A stretch of 64,000 nt of DNA from Camelus ferus (taxonomy: Eukaryota), in NCBI RefSeq assembly GCF_009834535.1, contig NC_045697.1, forward strand, positions 43,216,001-43,280,000. The letters are read 5' to 3'. The number at the start of each line of letters is the position of its first letter. The stretch's first letter is position 1. The position numbers and the translations under genes were made by a program. Below are positions 11,880 to 24,355 of the stretch, piece after piece. The notes under the pieces are model-generated. The model saw only the letters and a program-made list of their open reading frames with translations, ran no database searches and was not told where the DNA came from.

Positions 11880-12078
11880 ATGTTACACAAAGGACAGCAG
11901 AGGGAAAGCTAGTTCTGAGGATACTGTTTGAAATCTGAATGCAGCCCTACCTGAAGGCCTATCTCTCCCTAGACTTTCCACTACTATAAGCCAATACATT
12001 TCCTTTTCAAAAAGTTTATTTAAACCAGGTTGAGTTGGGCTTTCTGTCACTTGCAAAAGAATGAGTCCTGTGTGACAC
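11880..12078 (+). mobile_element. MLT1 (K/L-like) MaLR LTR, 3' part
   Basis: 'agccaatacatttcc...tttaaaccaggttgagttgggctttctgtcacttgcaaaagaatgagtcctg' is a typical MLT1 terminus. Confidence 0.7.
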
Positions 12079-13299
12079 TGTCTGACACACTGTGCTAAGT
12101 TTAAACACACAGGTACTTTGTCTCTTCTCGGGGATTTGAACTTGGCACAGATCTGTAACAAGCAAATGTACTTCACAGGCGTCTTCTAATAAGCTGTTCC
12201 TTGTGTCAGACACGCATCATTTTACCTCCGGTTCTGCTAATAAACATCCCACTCTTTTGAGCCTTAAATTTAATTTTTCCTCTCCCCTTTAAGGAATATT
12301 TAATATTTGAAATCATTTTCTTTACTAAGGCAAGTACCAAATAGTTATTGTTTGTTCTTTTATCAACCCATTCTTCAACTTTGTTGTGGTAAATAATACC
12401 ATCTCAAGTACAAAGTGACCCTTTACAGTGTACGACGGAGGTACAGATTTCTCATGCAGCTGTCTGAGATATTCTGTCCTTTATAATCGTGGGAAAGGCT
12501 CCAGTTAGCGGAAACACTAATAGATCCTTAATGAGTACAAAGATTATTTCGTCACACCATCTTGGAGCTAGACTTATTTTAAAATAGATTAGCTCCTTGC
12601 TTCTTTTCTGTTCTCTGTAAGAAACAACCAAGCAAACCATGTGTGGCACTTTTGTCCCTGTGATCTAATTTCTACCTCATTATAGTACTATTAGGCAAAA
12701 GCAAGTATATTTTTAAATAAATGTCACTTACTATAAGAGGCTTTCTACCTAGCTAGTTCACTCACCTTTTAGCAATAAAGAATTAAGAATATTTCAGTAG
12801 TACTTATAAACAAATAAAATGTATACTAGAAAAAGGGGAAATGCTTTTGTTGTTTGTTCTTCCTATGAATGTTCAAGTGATTTCTATATAAATAAGAAAA
12901 GTGGTAATAGCAAGTAATGTTTATGAAATGTAAGGGTAAGAGCCATAGTTTCCCTTTGTTTTATGAAAAAATATTAATAATAGAGACTGCTTTCTCCCCA
13001 AGGAGGAAATATTTGGCTACATTTAGACGGACAAATATTTTAGAATATCTTTAAAGTATAAAATAAAGCCATTTTCTTTCTCAAGAAGGGTTATCTGATA
13101 CAGCTCTGTCACTCCTTCTATGCATGCCCTCTTTAATGAGGTAATACTGTCTGTCCACTTCCTGTCTGGGGACGTTTTGCAGAGGTAGATATACTCCAAG
13201 TATGTTTATTTACCAGCTACCATTACTTTCTTCAATTCCCAGGAGGACTTTTTTTCTACCCACAGACCACAATGAGGGGAAAAATTGCTGAGCGTAGAG

Positions 13300-13412
13300 C
13301 AGTGTGTACGTGTGGGTGGGGAGGGCTATGTGCGAACTCTCTGTTTTCTGCTCAGTTCTGCTGTGAACCTGAAACTGCTCTAAAAAAATAAAGTCTATTA
13401 ATTAAAAAAAAA
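13300..13412 (+). mobile_element. L1MC-type 3' end with A tail
   Basis: gaactctctgttttctgctcagttctgctgtgaacctgaaactgctctaaaaaaataaagtctattaattaaaaaaaaa. Confidence 0.85.
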
Positions 13413-13989
13413 GATACAACTGTGCCCCCTTGTAGCCCTACATCAATTGCTTGCTTATGTGCTTGCTTTGGCTAACACATTTTCAATTTTTATCAAACTG
13501 ATTCTCTGAATTTTTCTTTTTTTAGATTTGAGTAAAGCAAACGTTACTTCAGTTCCCCCAACACAGCCTCTGACCATATGACAAACTTTGACCACCAAAG
13601 TCCACAGGAAGAAAACTTTTTGTTTTTTTTTTTCAGTGGGGTGGTTTTTGTGTGTTACCTCTCTCAGCCAGCAGTCCTTTTTCTTTTTTCTTTACCCTTT
13701 CTCGGCATCTTTTTTTTTTTTTCTTTCCCTCCCAGTTTCCACACAATCCCAGAAAATCTTTTGTTCACTGTCAGGTCAACAAGAAGCCAAATTAAAAACT
13801 AACAACTTTTGAATTTCAACAGCCAGACAAAGTGAATGTTGACTAAGAAGCGAGAAAAAGAAAAGAGGGGAAAAGACCTTAAGGAAAGAAAAGACCAGCT
13901 GAGGGATTTGGAGGGCAGAGGCGCTGGAGGGGCAAGGCTGCCTCGTTTGATGTGGGAGGTCTGAGCACAACCTGCTGGGATGCTCTCTG

Positions 13990-14300
13990 GGACATCTCAT
14001 TAACCGTGTCATCAAAGCCCCCTCAGGTCCAGCGAATCATAACATTATCTCTGACATTACCACACAGATACAAGGTTCCCGAGGCAGTCTATAAACATGC
14101 CTGTACTAACCAATTCATCGCGGCTTGACACCCCGGCAAGGGCTGGATGCCCTTTAGTGAGCTCCGTGAATTGCCCCAGTCATTCATCAAAGTTTCTTGG
14201 AGTGCATTTCACACAGCATTAAATTTAATTAAAGCAACATTGACTGCATTGTAATCCTCGGGAGGCTCTTTGTCAGAGGGCTCTGGAACACTTTCAGCTT
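13990..14300. promoter_or_regulatory. candidate conserved non-coding enhancer
   Basis: Unique, repeat-free sequence with two ATCAAAG (TCF/LEF) at 14011 and 14186, a homeodomain-rich cattaaatttaattaaag, and TGACA motifs. Conservation not tested. Confidence 0.35.
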
Positions 14301-16029
14301 AAAATATCTATTGTTTTCTTGGAGTTTTTCTTGGTTGTTGGGTTTGGGGTTGGAGCTGTTTTGTGTTTTTTAAAGGTTGGATATCCGGATCAGATTGAAG
14401 CGGTGTGACTTTCCTTTCCTCTTTTCTCCTCTTTCTTGCCCCATCTTTTTTGGCTGCTGCTTCTCCCTCTGCTTTTGTTAATTTCCAGAATCAGAAAACC
14501 TGAGAATTTGCTATCGAAGTAGCTCAAGATAGAGGGTCACCATAAATTAAGTGGCTGTGTGGCCCCAATAATGCCATCCGCACACATTACGAACTCAGGT
14601 GTGCACGAGCACACAAAGACACCCCCACGCAGAGATGCACTCACATCCAAGCCTAAAAAGGCCAAGAAGCCCAGCACAGGCTTGAAAGTTTCCATGTAAG
14701 AATTGCACTGTAGTCAGAAAATGCGTAGAAAATGCTATTTTAACTGAAAATTGTAGTGGCTAACTGTACATAATTCTCCTAGACCCTTGGTGTCCTTAGT
14801 GATGTTTTAAAGTAAAAGCCTTTCATTGGTGCGGCTGAGGAAAAATAAATGTCTTTTCTTTTCATTAGCAGAGAAAACTCGATGGCGAGGAGAGGAGAGC
14901 GTATCCAAGAAAGTCAATGAGCTATTCTAATATCCTTTAGTGCCTGTATCACAGCTGAGTTATTTATGGAGAATGCGGATGTGTGTGTGTGAGGGGGTCT
15001 GTGGGGGTGTGCTGTGTGATGGGGGTCCATTAGGCAGGAAGGGAAAGGGAGGAAAAATGAACAATAAAATGAAACGTATGGGGAACTTCAGAGTATGCCT
15101 TTACCTGCTGATATTATCTAGCTTCTTTTTGAAAAACATATGGATCCTAAGTTGAATTCCCCCTCTACACCTACCCTCACAAAATATGCAGAAAAGTCCA
15201 AAAGCAAAGGCCAAATGGCGCAACTTAATTGTGGCAATTTGGGACCAGTAAAAACTGTTTTAACCAGCATCACATCGGTCTAAATGGAGAGCGAACATTT
15301 TCCTTCCACAGACTATTCACACTAAGTTTATTTACTTGTTCTTGCTGTTGTGTGGTTGTACTGATGACTTGATTTCCCCATTAAGTTTCCGTGGGTTCAA
15401 TGCTGTGAATTCGGTGAATCAGCCCTAGTAGGCACTACTAGGTAAACGTATATGCATCTAATACACTTTGCAGAGGTAGACACCATTTAAATTTCATGGT
15501 TCAGTTTCTTGGTTCTCAAGACAAAAATAACAAGATCTAGCTTACTGAGTTCTTAGAGATACAGTAAAGACCATACAAAATAATGCATATAGAAGTTCCT
15601 TGAATAGAATTAACATGCTTTATAACTGTAAGGTGATTTCTGAGAGTAAAGTATCAGCTAAACAAAGTGACAAACCTGTAATTTTTTTCTAAATTAAAAC
15701 ATTTGTCATCCTGATGAATGATTTGAAACTCAAAGCATCATATACTTTCTTTTGAATTTGTATGATAGCGAATAAGAAATATGGGGAAAGAAGAGGTGGA
15801 TGAGAAATTAGAAAGGACCAAATAACAAATTAAAAAAAATAGCTTTAACAACATATAATCATGTAGTGAAAAAAATAAGAGACGGGAAATGAAAACATTG
15901 CTTAACACAAGCATGTCAGATTTGAAAGGACTCTGGGAAGAAATCTACCTTGGGGTTAAAAACAATTTTCTGATCCCACGTTGCCTCATAGTAGATGTAT
16001 CTTGTGGTTAAAAGAAAAGATATGATACA

Positions 16030-16240
16030 GAATTGTGATGGAGGGCACCAGGTTTGGGGTCATGCAGGCCTGGGCCAAAACTCCAGCTCCATGTCTTACT
16101 AGTTGTGTGATATTGGACAATTGCTTAAGTTCAGGTTCTCGATTTCCCATCCATAGTATAAGGATAATAGTATCGCCCTCTCAAGGCACTTATAAATTTC
16201 TCATAAAGATTATAGAAATTAATGTATGCAAAGCCTTTAT
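16030..16240 (+). mobile_element. MIR SINE
   Basis: 'ggcctgggccaaaactccagctccatgtcttactagttgtgtgatattggacaattgcttaa...tttcccatc...ggataatagta'. Confidence 0.85.
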
Positions 16241-16289
16241 CCAAGAGATTGGCATGTTGCAAACACAGGTTCTGAAGGAGAAGTTACAT

Positions 16290-17066
16290 GGAGAAGGCAT
16301 ATGGGTTACATGTTGGAGTCTAACTGATAGTTTCCAGATTAACTCTAGGCCAGTCTGAGAGCCACAAGTCTTTTCCGCCACACTCTGGACGATGAAAGTA
16401 TACTTCCCCAACTGCTTCGACCCTCTGTCCAGGATGGCATTACTAATTTCACAAAAGCTTTTGGTGACCTTTCATTAAATAGAGGAAAAGCATTGCCCTT
16501 GGGAGCCAGTTTGTAACATCAACACAGAGTGAAATCAGAGAGGAGATGTGCCAGGCCCGTTGGAAGGAGGTAGAAAGATGCCCAGGCCGGTGAGGCAACT
16601 AGATTGAACATATCAGCACCAATATATGCAAAGAGCATATCTGTAAAGGTAGATTGTTCAGCCAGGTAAGTTTAGAAAATGGCAAGTCAGGGAGGCAAAT
16701 ATGGCTAATGGCTGTCTTAACACTCCCAGGGGGAAAGAGCATTAGCAAAGCATTCCTAGCTGTCCTGGCAAGCTCTCCTGTTATGGCAGGATGGACAAGG
16801 CTCTCATAGCTCAATGCAGTTCGGTATTCAACTATTCTTACTTCTGTGTCTGACTCCATAGATCTGGCAATGTGGTTATGGCTATGGGAGGAGAATGTGC
16901 CAGTCATGTAGCCTTGGAGTATTTCTGGTGTTTATAACCTAATTTCTGATGTTTTAGTTAACCATTTCAGCTTTCCGCCTTTGACAGTCAAGCCCATCCT
17001 TGGTGTTTTTTGACTAATCAGCTTTCTGTAATACTGAAGGCTCGATTGTACACTGTGATATGCCCA
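16290..17066 (-). mobile_element. fossil RTE-like LINE, RT C-terminal half and downstream region
   Basis: Manual translation WAYHSVQSSLQYYRKLISQKTPRMGLTVKGGKLKWL...EVRIVEYRTAL...NALLMLFPPGSVKT...KLTWLNNLPLQICSLHIL parallels the RTE pattern LLxHSxxDLQxxxxRLxxxAxxMGLTINxKKTKVM...EVxxRIxKARxAF...YxALVLSVLLYGCETW...KLDVFxxRCLRRIL. Confidence 0.55.
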
Positions 17067-17067
17067 A

Positions 17068-17484
17068 TGTATCAGTCAGGGTTCAACCAAAAGAACAGAA
17101 CCAAGAAGAAGGAGATTTGGATTAAGAAACTTGTTACAAGGAACAGGCTTGTACAACTGTGGAGCTGGCTAGGCAAGTCTTATAGCCATAGGACAAACTG
17201 TCAGGAAGGGCGGTCTGGAAATTTCAGGCATGAGCTGAAGCTGCTGCCCACAGACAGATTTCTTCTTCACCCAGGGAAACCTCAATTCTGCTTTTATGGT
17301 CTTCTAACTGAATAGATCAAATCCACCTAGATTATCTAGGATAATGTCTTTTACTTAAAGTCAGCTGATTATGGACTTTAATCACATCTATAAAATATCT
17401 TCATAGCAACACTGAGATTACTGTTTGATTGAATAACAGGTGACTGCAGCCTGGGCAAGTTGACATATAAAACTGACCATTGCA
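17068..17484 (-). mobile_element. MLT2 (MLT2D-like) ERVL solo LTR
   Basis: Starts tgtatcagtcagggttcaacc and ends caagttgacatataaaactgaccattgca, matching the reverse complement of the MLT2 termini. Confidence 0.9.
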
Positions 17485-17981
17485 CTTGCCAAGTTAAACC
17501 TGAGGATTAGATTCTAGACTGTTATGTGCCCACATAAATTTGGTACTATATTCTAGACCATGGTATATCTACCAAGGTAAGATTAAGAGCTAGACCCTAT
17601 GGTATGATGTATTCACCACATAATGAGAATCTGCAGCTCCAGAGCAGGTTTGCTGTTTTTTTTCCTGCAGTATCTCAGAATCACCATGGGAGCTCTCCAC
17701 ATCTCTAAGGAGGTCCCCTTTTCAATATTGTAAATTATACAATAGTTCATCCAGAAAGCAACAGTAACCACCTCCTAAGAGCTTGGCTATGTTTACAGTA
17801 TCTCACTGGTCAGATTTCATCTGACTCTATGAGTCTATATTTTTGACATTTTAAGACCAATCCCTCTACCTGTGCTATGATCCTCAATTGCCCTCACCAT
17901 CTTGGGAATATATACTATCAGTAAGCATTTTCTCTTTCTATTTCATTATCTGCTCTGGATGATGTTACACCCACACATTTA

Positions 17982-18064
17982 ATATTCATGTATGACTGAA
18001 AAATTGTGCTATACACCAGAAGTTGACACAACATTGTAAACTGACTGTAGCTCAATAAAAAAAA
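17982..18064 (+). mobile_element. young, severely 5'-truncated L1 3' end (artiodactyl/camelid type)
   Basis: tgtatgactgaaaaattgtgctatacaccagaagttgacacaacattgtaaactgactgtagctcaataaaaaaaa. Confidence 0.85.
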
Positions 18065-18562
18065 TTAAATTAAGCAGCCTCTAGTCTCTCCCACTTGAAA
18101 AATAAAACTGAACTCCATTCAACTTCATCCTGCCATACTCTGTTCTTGTTTTCCTACCCAACCTCTCAAAAGAGTTGTTTGAATGTACTTCTATTTCATG
18201 GCTGATCCTTTCTATTAGCCCACATCATCAGCTCCACTGTGATGGTACTTACCACAGTCACCAGTGCCCTTCATGTCACTAAATACAGTAGATATTTTAG
18301 GATTCAGCTAAGAGCAGCATCTGACACCACTGACCATTCATTCCTTTTTGTAACACCCTCTTCCATCAGTGTGTTTGTTTTACACACTCTCCTGGTTTTC
18401 TTCCCACCTTTTTAGGTACTCTTTCTCAGTCTCCTGTTTATGCTTATTATTCTTTACCCAGACTTTTAAATGGTTGGAGTTCCTCAGATCTTTGCTGAGG
18501 TTTCTGCCCCTTGGCTCCAATTATTATCCATATACTGATGATTGTCCATTTTATAATCTACC

Positions 18563-19013
18563 TATGTCAGGTAGAAATGAACTTTGTTGCAGTTAATAAG
18601 AAAAAGAAGAACTGAAATAAATATAGTTTTGGTTTTTTGTTTGTTTTATAAAGTCTGGAGGTAGCTTTTGTGGGCATGTTTCAGCTATTCAATGACATTA
18701 TAGCTGAAGTCTTTATGATTCTCTTGCCTTTTCTCTTATGGCAGCAATATGGCTGCTGAAGCTCCAGCATCATATCCATATTCAAAGAGACAGAATAAGG
18801 CAGAGATGAGATAGCACCTGTATCTGGGAAAAAAGCTTTCCTGACAGTGCATTAACACAAGCTTATGTCACATTGACTAGATCTTTGTGAAATGACCATC
18901 TGGATATGCAAAAGAGACAAGGAAACAGCATTGCTTATCCAGCTGGAATAGTAGAGGTTGGCAAAAGAGAAAAGTGCTGGATATTGGGTAAGCCAACTTA
19001 CAATTCTTCCACA
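18563..19013 (-). mobile_element. MLT1 (I/J-like) solo LTR inserted in L2
   Basis: 'aatatggctgctgaagctccagcatcatatccatattcaa...cttatgtcacattgactag...ggatattgggtaagccaac...ttccaca'. L2 resumes on both sides. Confidence 0.8.
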
Positions 19014-20988
19014 AGTAACCAGTGTTTTCCACTGAGCTCCCAACTGCCTTCTCAGCATCTCCATTTGGATGTTTCCAAGCATCTAGAATCAAAATACCAA
19101 AAACTTAACTCATGACATTTCCTCTAAATATAGTCCTCCACCAGTGCTGTCTCAAGAAATCACACTGCTATTCATCCAGCTACGAAAGCAGAGAACCAGG
19201 GCTGTTATCTTTGACAGTTCTCTCTATTATCCTACACACAAGCAAATACACACACATCAGATACAATAGAAATACCCATTTCTATTAATGTAGATTACTA
19301 AATATTCTTCAAATCCCTTTACTTCCTTCTATTTTTAGCCACTGCCACTCTAGTCCAAACTAACATCATCTCTTTCCTGGACAGCATGCTCTTGTGCCAT
19401 TCTCTACTCTGTTCGCAAAGTGCTGTTTTTAAAAACAGCTTAGATCATGATCCTCTTCTGGTCATGACCTTCAACTACTCTTAAAATAAATAGTATGACC
19501 CACAAGGTTCTGCACGACCTGGCCACAGTCCAGCTCTCGGGCCTCATCCCTCACTCCTCCTTGCTTCTTGAGCTCCTCAGCTCTGAGAAAGCACCTTGCT
19601 TCTTCATACCTCAGGACCTTTATCTTTCCTGATTTTTTGAGTGGGGCAGGAAGGTTTTGAAACACTCCCTCCCTCAAGGAGTTGATTCCTACTTACCTTC
19701 ACATCTCAGCTCAAACATCACTTCCTTGGAGATGATATTCTTGACCCCTACACCAAATTACATCCTCCTGTTAAAATAGTCTCCAGTTCTTTCATTTCAT
19801 GGCTTACATCACAGTTTGTCATTGTATACTTATTTGCATGCCTCTTTGATTATCGCCAGTCTCCCCTATTAGATAAGCTTGAGAAAAGAGACCACATTTA
19901 TTTTTTTCATACTTTATCTCTAGTGTCTGGCTGGGCTCAAGAATTAATATATATTTGCAGGAATTAATATATATTTGTTGAATAAATATTAACACATTGG
20001 CCAATTTTAATCAAACAAAAAAAAAGAGCCTATTGATTTCTTACTATGTATCTTGCACTGTGATAAGTACAAATAAAAAGAGTACTGGTGAATTTGAGAA
20101 GACAGGATTTGCTAATCCTTGCTAAAGGATAACCTCAAAGAAATGTCATTTAAAGGTCTCTGATACTTGTCCCATGTCACCATTTAATTCTGCTGGCCAC
20201 ACCATCTGGAAATTGTGAATCCTTAGTTCAAGGCCAGTAAAGTCACAATGACTTCTGCCAAAAACCAGAGAGATAGATTATACAGCTCCTCTAAACCTCT
20301 TATAGTCCTTAGCTTTGGGTGATCTCCATGAAACCCCTTATGCCCAGTTTTTAGATCTTATTAATTCTCAATCTGCCAGTACACTTCTGTTCTTTCCAGA
20401 ACTAGAACTGACCCACCCCCTTTTACCAAACCAGTTTCATCTCAACCTGACAGCTGCACACATAGCTTTAAGGAGACACCAGCAAATACAACTAAAACAA
20501 ACCCTTTCTGCTCTATCCTATTCTGCTTGAGATTAATGCTTAAATGTCAAAAGAAAGGTTGAACCTCAGATGAATAAATGAGCCTAATGAAGACTCCTCT
20601 GCCCTCCGTCCACCCCAACCATCATTTATTCTCTGAGAGGAAGATCTACCTTACCCCTCCCAGAGTATATCTAGTGTGATCTGTTAGCCAAAATAGCCAG
20701 CTGGCTAAGAAATCACCGAAGGAAAGAATGAGTGAGTGATTCATCTTGAATGAATGTGTTTTCAGTAACAGGTATGCCAATGTTTCCTGTCTCAGCAACT
20801 TCACTTCCTTTTTATAGTGTTTTCTTCTTTTCTTTAGGCAGACCGGCTCCATCTTTGTAAATGTCAGTGAAGCTTCTGTAAGAGGTTTTTGGGGGTAGGT
20901 TGGACAGTAGGGGGCCATTTTGACTGTGATATGAAGAATGGCCACGTGAATTCACAGTGCTGGGCCTGAGCTAGTTCCTGCTCATTCA

Positions 20989-21345
20989 GTGCCCCTGCAA
21001 TCTTCCTGTGCCCCTCCGGGTCCACCCTCACCCTACTCTCCTTCCTGGAGGCTGAACTTGTTGGGACCCATCCCCAAACTCTGAGCCTTCTGACTTCCTA
21101 TAGATTCAGCCAATTATTGGAGCCCAGAGAGGAGACTGGAAGGAGGCAGGCAGGTGAGGACCAGGTATTTATGTTTACGGCACCTTCCTATGAGGTCTCA
21201 GGGGCCGGCAATGTCCTGGCTGGCAGGACTTTGCTCTCAGTAAGGTTGTTCGCACTACAGGACTCTCTTCTTCCATAACTCATCCCTCCTCGTGTTGCTC
21301 AGGGCTGGAGAGTGGGAGCTCTGTGCCACTGCTGGGTCTGTGAGT
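20989..21345 (+). mobile_element. LTR33-like ERVL LTR
   Basis: 'atcttcctgtgcccctccgggtccaccctcaccctactct...ggaggctga...ccttctgacttcctatagattcagccaat...ggagactggaaggaggcaggcaggtgagga...ggtattt'. Confidence 0.7.
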
Positions 21346-21656
21346 GTCTCAAGGGCACAGACTGAAAGGTTCCCAGGTCTTCCCCGTTGCCATTCAGTTC
21401 TGCTTGCTCTTTAAAAGCAAGCCCAGGTGCACATTTTCCTCATCTCTTCCTCAACATTCAAGGAGGCGGTGTTCCCACCAAGTCTCAGGGGAAGTCCGGA
21501 AAGTATGAGGTGCTCTGCTTCATCACAATGAAACATGCAGTGATGGCAGGTGGGTAACTGCTCCCAGCACGGCTAGGCTTTTTCTCTGTGTCAGTTTTTT
21601 TGGGATCTACTTTCAGAAAGTGTCATTCTTACCATCCCTCTCACAGAATGTTTGAG

Positions 21657-21815
21657 CAGTAGTTCCTAAATACCAGCTCCAGAACGAACAGTCTGAGGGT
21701 GGTTGTTTAGGATGTGAATACAGATTCCTGAGTTCAAGGTACTGCGTTGTAATCCGGCAAGTGAGTGAGGCCCTGAAATCAGTGTTTTTATAAGTTCTCC
21801 AAAGTCTAGTCAAGT
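21657..21815. mobile_element. MER5-like hAT-Charlie MITE
   Basis: cagtagttcctaaa...aatacagattcctgag...ggccctgaaatcagtgtttttataagttctcca. Confidence 0.65.
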
Positions 21816-22752
21816 TGGGGGGCCATTTGCCCTACCTCTCACTTCTTCAGCCTCCTTCTGCTCCTTCAAGAGATTTACATGGAGCTTCTGCTGTCAGGTT
21901 TGTGGATTTCATCTCATCCTTATTGTCACATACAGTTATTCCCCTGTCACCTCTACCAGATCAGTTTCTTTATTTAAAAAAAAAAAAATCAGTCTTTCCA
22001 ATAACATGATATGTCCTTATTCCAAAACATCCAAGCCATGAAAATATCTATAAGATTGCATATACAATTTTAATCAAAATATCAGGTTGGCACTGAGTAT
22101 TTGTATAAAACATACTCATCCACACAGTAGGTGTACAAATCTGAGAATATGAGGGGTCTCATCAAACTCGTTCCTTAACGTTTTCTTCTACACTCTTCTC
22201 ACAGCTGTCCTCCTTTCTGTCATTTCTGTTGTCTTCTGTCTGGAATTTCAGTTTTGTCTGATCTTTATTCTCAAGTTCAGTTTAACCTCTTGACCAAGTC
22301 AGCACATTTTTCCCCCCTCCAACCTATTGTTTTATTTTCAGAGAAAACAATCCACCACTCTATTCTAGCATTCCCAAATCTTCCAACCTCTTCCAAAGTC
22401 AACTTCCCACTGAAAGAGACATTACTGCTTCCCAAGCTGTTCAGAGCTTCTTAATAGGTGTTTTCAAATAGCATCTTTCATTCCCACAGGAGTCATCCAA
22501 ATTAGATAAACAGTTTGACAAATCTCATCAGGCTTTCCATTAAGTCTCTGAGATCGGTCCCCACTGTATGGCACATCCAGCCAGACACTCTTTTACTAAT
22601 TCTTGAATCTCGGGTTTAAGTGCTTGACAACCCCTACAACTGGCCCCTCCATCAGGCTCCCCCCACAGGGAGGAGGGCACTGTTCAGAACGCTACCTTCA
22701 AGTCTGGGGCCCTCTCAGTGTTTGATCCCCATGAGCCTCCACTCTATTCAAT

Positions 22753-23220
22753 TGTGAGCAATTATTCTTACTGTCTCCCCAAACCTGGTTTCATCTTTTT
22801 CTATAATAATAGAACCTCTGACTTTTAGCCAAGGACCTGGCTACCCAACATAAAGACTACATTTTCTCGAGTGTAGATATTTGAGTGGTCTGTGCAACTT
22901 CGGAGATGGTGTCTGTCTTTTCCTCATTTCCTCCCTGCCCCCATGGGACTTTTGGAAGTGGCAGCTACTTGGATTGTGAATTTGATGCCAGGTAGTCTGT
23001 TTTAGACCATGAGGAAAGGATAGAGTCCTGGGGAAAACATAGTACTTGGTTGCAAAGGACCTGGGCCTCTAAGCACTTAGGGACAGAGCCATCAGGGTAG
23101 CCTGGACCACTTACTCTCAGGTATTGTTGACATATGAGAAAACCACAGCATATTATTTACGATATAGTTATCTGGGGATTGCTGTCACTCTCAACTAGAC
23201 CTAATCCTAACTGATTCACA
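22753..23220 (+). mobile_element. MLT1 (H/I/J-like) 5' LTR
   Basis: 'aatagaacctctgacttttagcc...taaagactacattt...ttagaccatgagg...cctggaccacttac...ctgtcactc...cctaatcctaactgattcaca'. Confidence 0.8.
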
Positions 23221-24355
23221 ATTGGTACCTAGAAATAGGGTATTGCAAGTAAATACACTCAAAATGAGTCATTAGCTTAGTGGATTTGGTAGGGTAGTAG
23301 ACAGTTTAATGAAATGTTGCAAAAGATTTGGTTAAATCATTTCCAGGAGCGAACTATGTGTGTATTGTGGCGGCAGGGAGAATTCAGAATGTTGGTATGT
23401 GTTGGCTACTTCATGCCACTTTGCTAAAAGCCCCAAAGGAGAAAGATAAACTAAGACCAGAACTAGCTCACTTGTGAATAGAAGTAGAAAGTAACATTCT
23501 TGGCTTGTGGTCTGCAAATAACCAAGTGCCCAGTCATTTGGAGTTTTGCAAAGATGAAAACCTAACTAGATTTGTATTCTAAATGGATTGGTAAGAAGCA
23601 AGGGCTGCCTAAACACAGGTAGGACTCTGCCCCAGTTTGGTTTTAAAACACCTTCTAGTCTTTGTTCTCTGCCCGACACAGGAAGCCAACTCACAGCCAC
23701 GTGTCAATTCAGGGAGCTTGTCTTCAGATGCTGCAAGGTAGCCACTCTTTAGGTGAAAGAGGAAGGATTAATCACAGAGGAAAGTAAATGACAAGGGTTT
23801 TTATACATAAAAATTCTATCAAGACCGGATCTTTGGCTAGGATTTACCCACACATGGAACAGATTGGGCACAAACAGATCAGAAGTTTACTAAATTTCCA
23901 AGGGGATTATATGACCAAAGAAACCACAAACTTGGTCTGCAAAGGTCTCTCCAGCCCCTAAAATAATCCCTGGGCTCTGAAACCTGTGCCAGCAGGAAGC
24001 AGGATATAAAAACTGTGAAACTTCCCCCCACCCCTCCAAAAAGGGCATGGCTCCAGTGTCCACCTCAGATGCAGTCACGGGGGAAAAATGGAAGAGAAGA
24101 AAGTCCCAGTGCAGAACCAGGGATCAAGGAGGACAAAGGTCAAAGGAGAGCTTCACAGGGGCCAGGAGGAAAGGCAGCCAGGCGGGCTAACCAAATTCTT
24201 CATGATTCTTGCCAGACGGACGCCACTGTTACTATGGGCTAGGGACGTGTGTTTTCCATTCTCTCTTTTCTAAAAGTCTATTTTTCACTGCAGTGATTTT
24301 GTTTCTATTTCAAAATTGTATACTGAGTGTGCAGAGGGTTGAGGGGGATAAATCA
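23221..24355 (+). mobile_element. MLT1 internal (MaLR-int) sequence
   Basis: Begins directly after the LTR with attggtacctagaaatagggtattgc. Near its end is 'gttactatggg...tgtgttttccattctctcttttctaaa...aaattgtatactgagtgtg', typical of MLT1-int. Confidence 0.7.

Larger units (their letters stand above)
17850..19990 (+). mobile_element. long L2 (about 1.6 kb net) interrupted by L1 and MLT1 insertions
   Basis: Typical L2 ORF2/3' sequence ('gcagcatctgacaccactgaccattc', 'caactgccttctcagcatctccatttggatgt', 'tctcagctcaaacatcacttcct') ending in atatttgttgaataaat. Confidence 0.9.

Noticed and set aside
13500..13530. Strong plus-strand splice acceptor (tttttctttttttag)
   Set aside because: No convincing downstream donor or reading frame. 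T-rich tracts are abundant here.
15424..15442. 8-bp perfect hairpin CCTAGTAG-gca-CTACTAGG
   Set aside because: A few such stems are expected by chance in 64 kb, and it is too short for a pre-miRNA.
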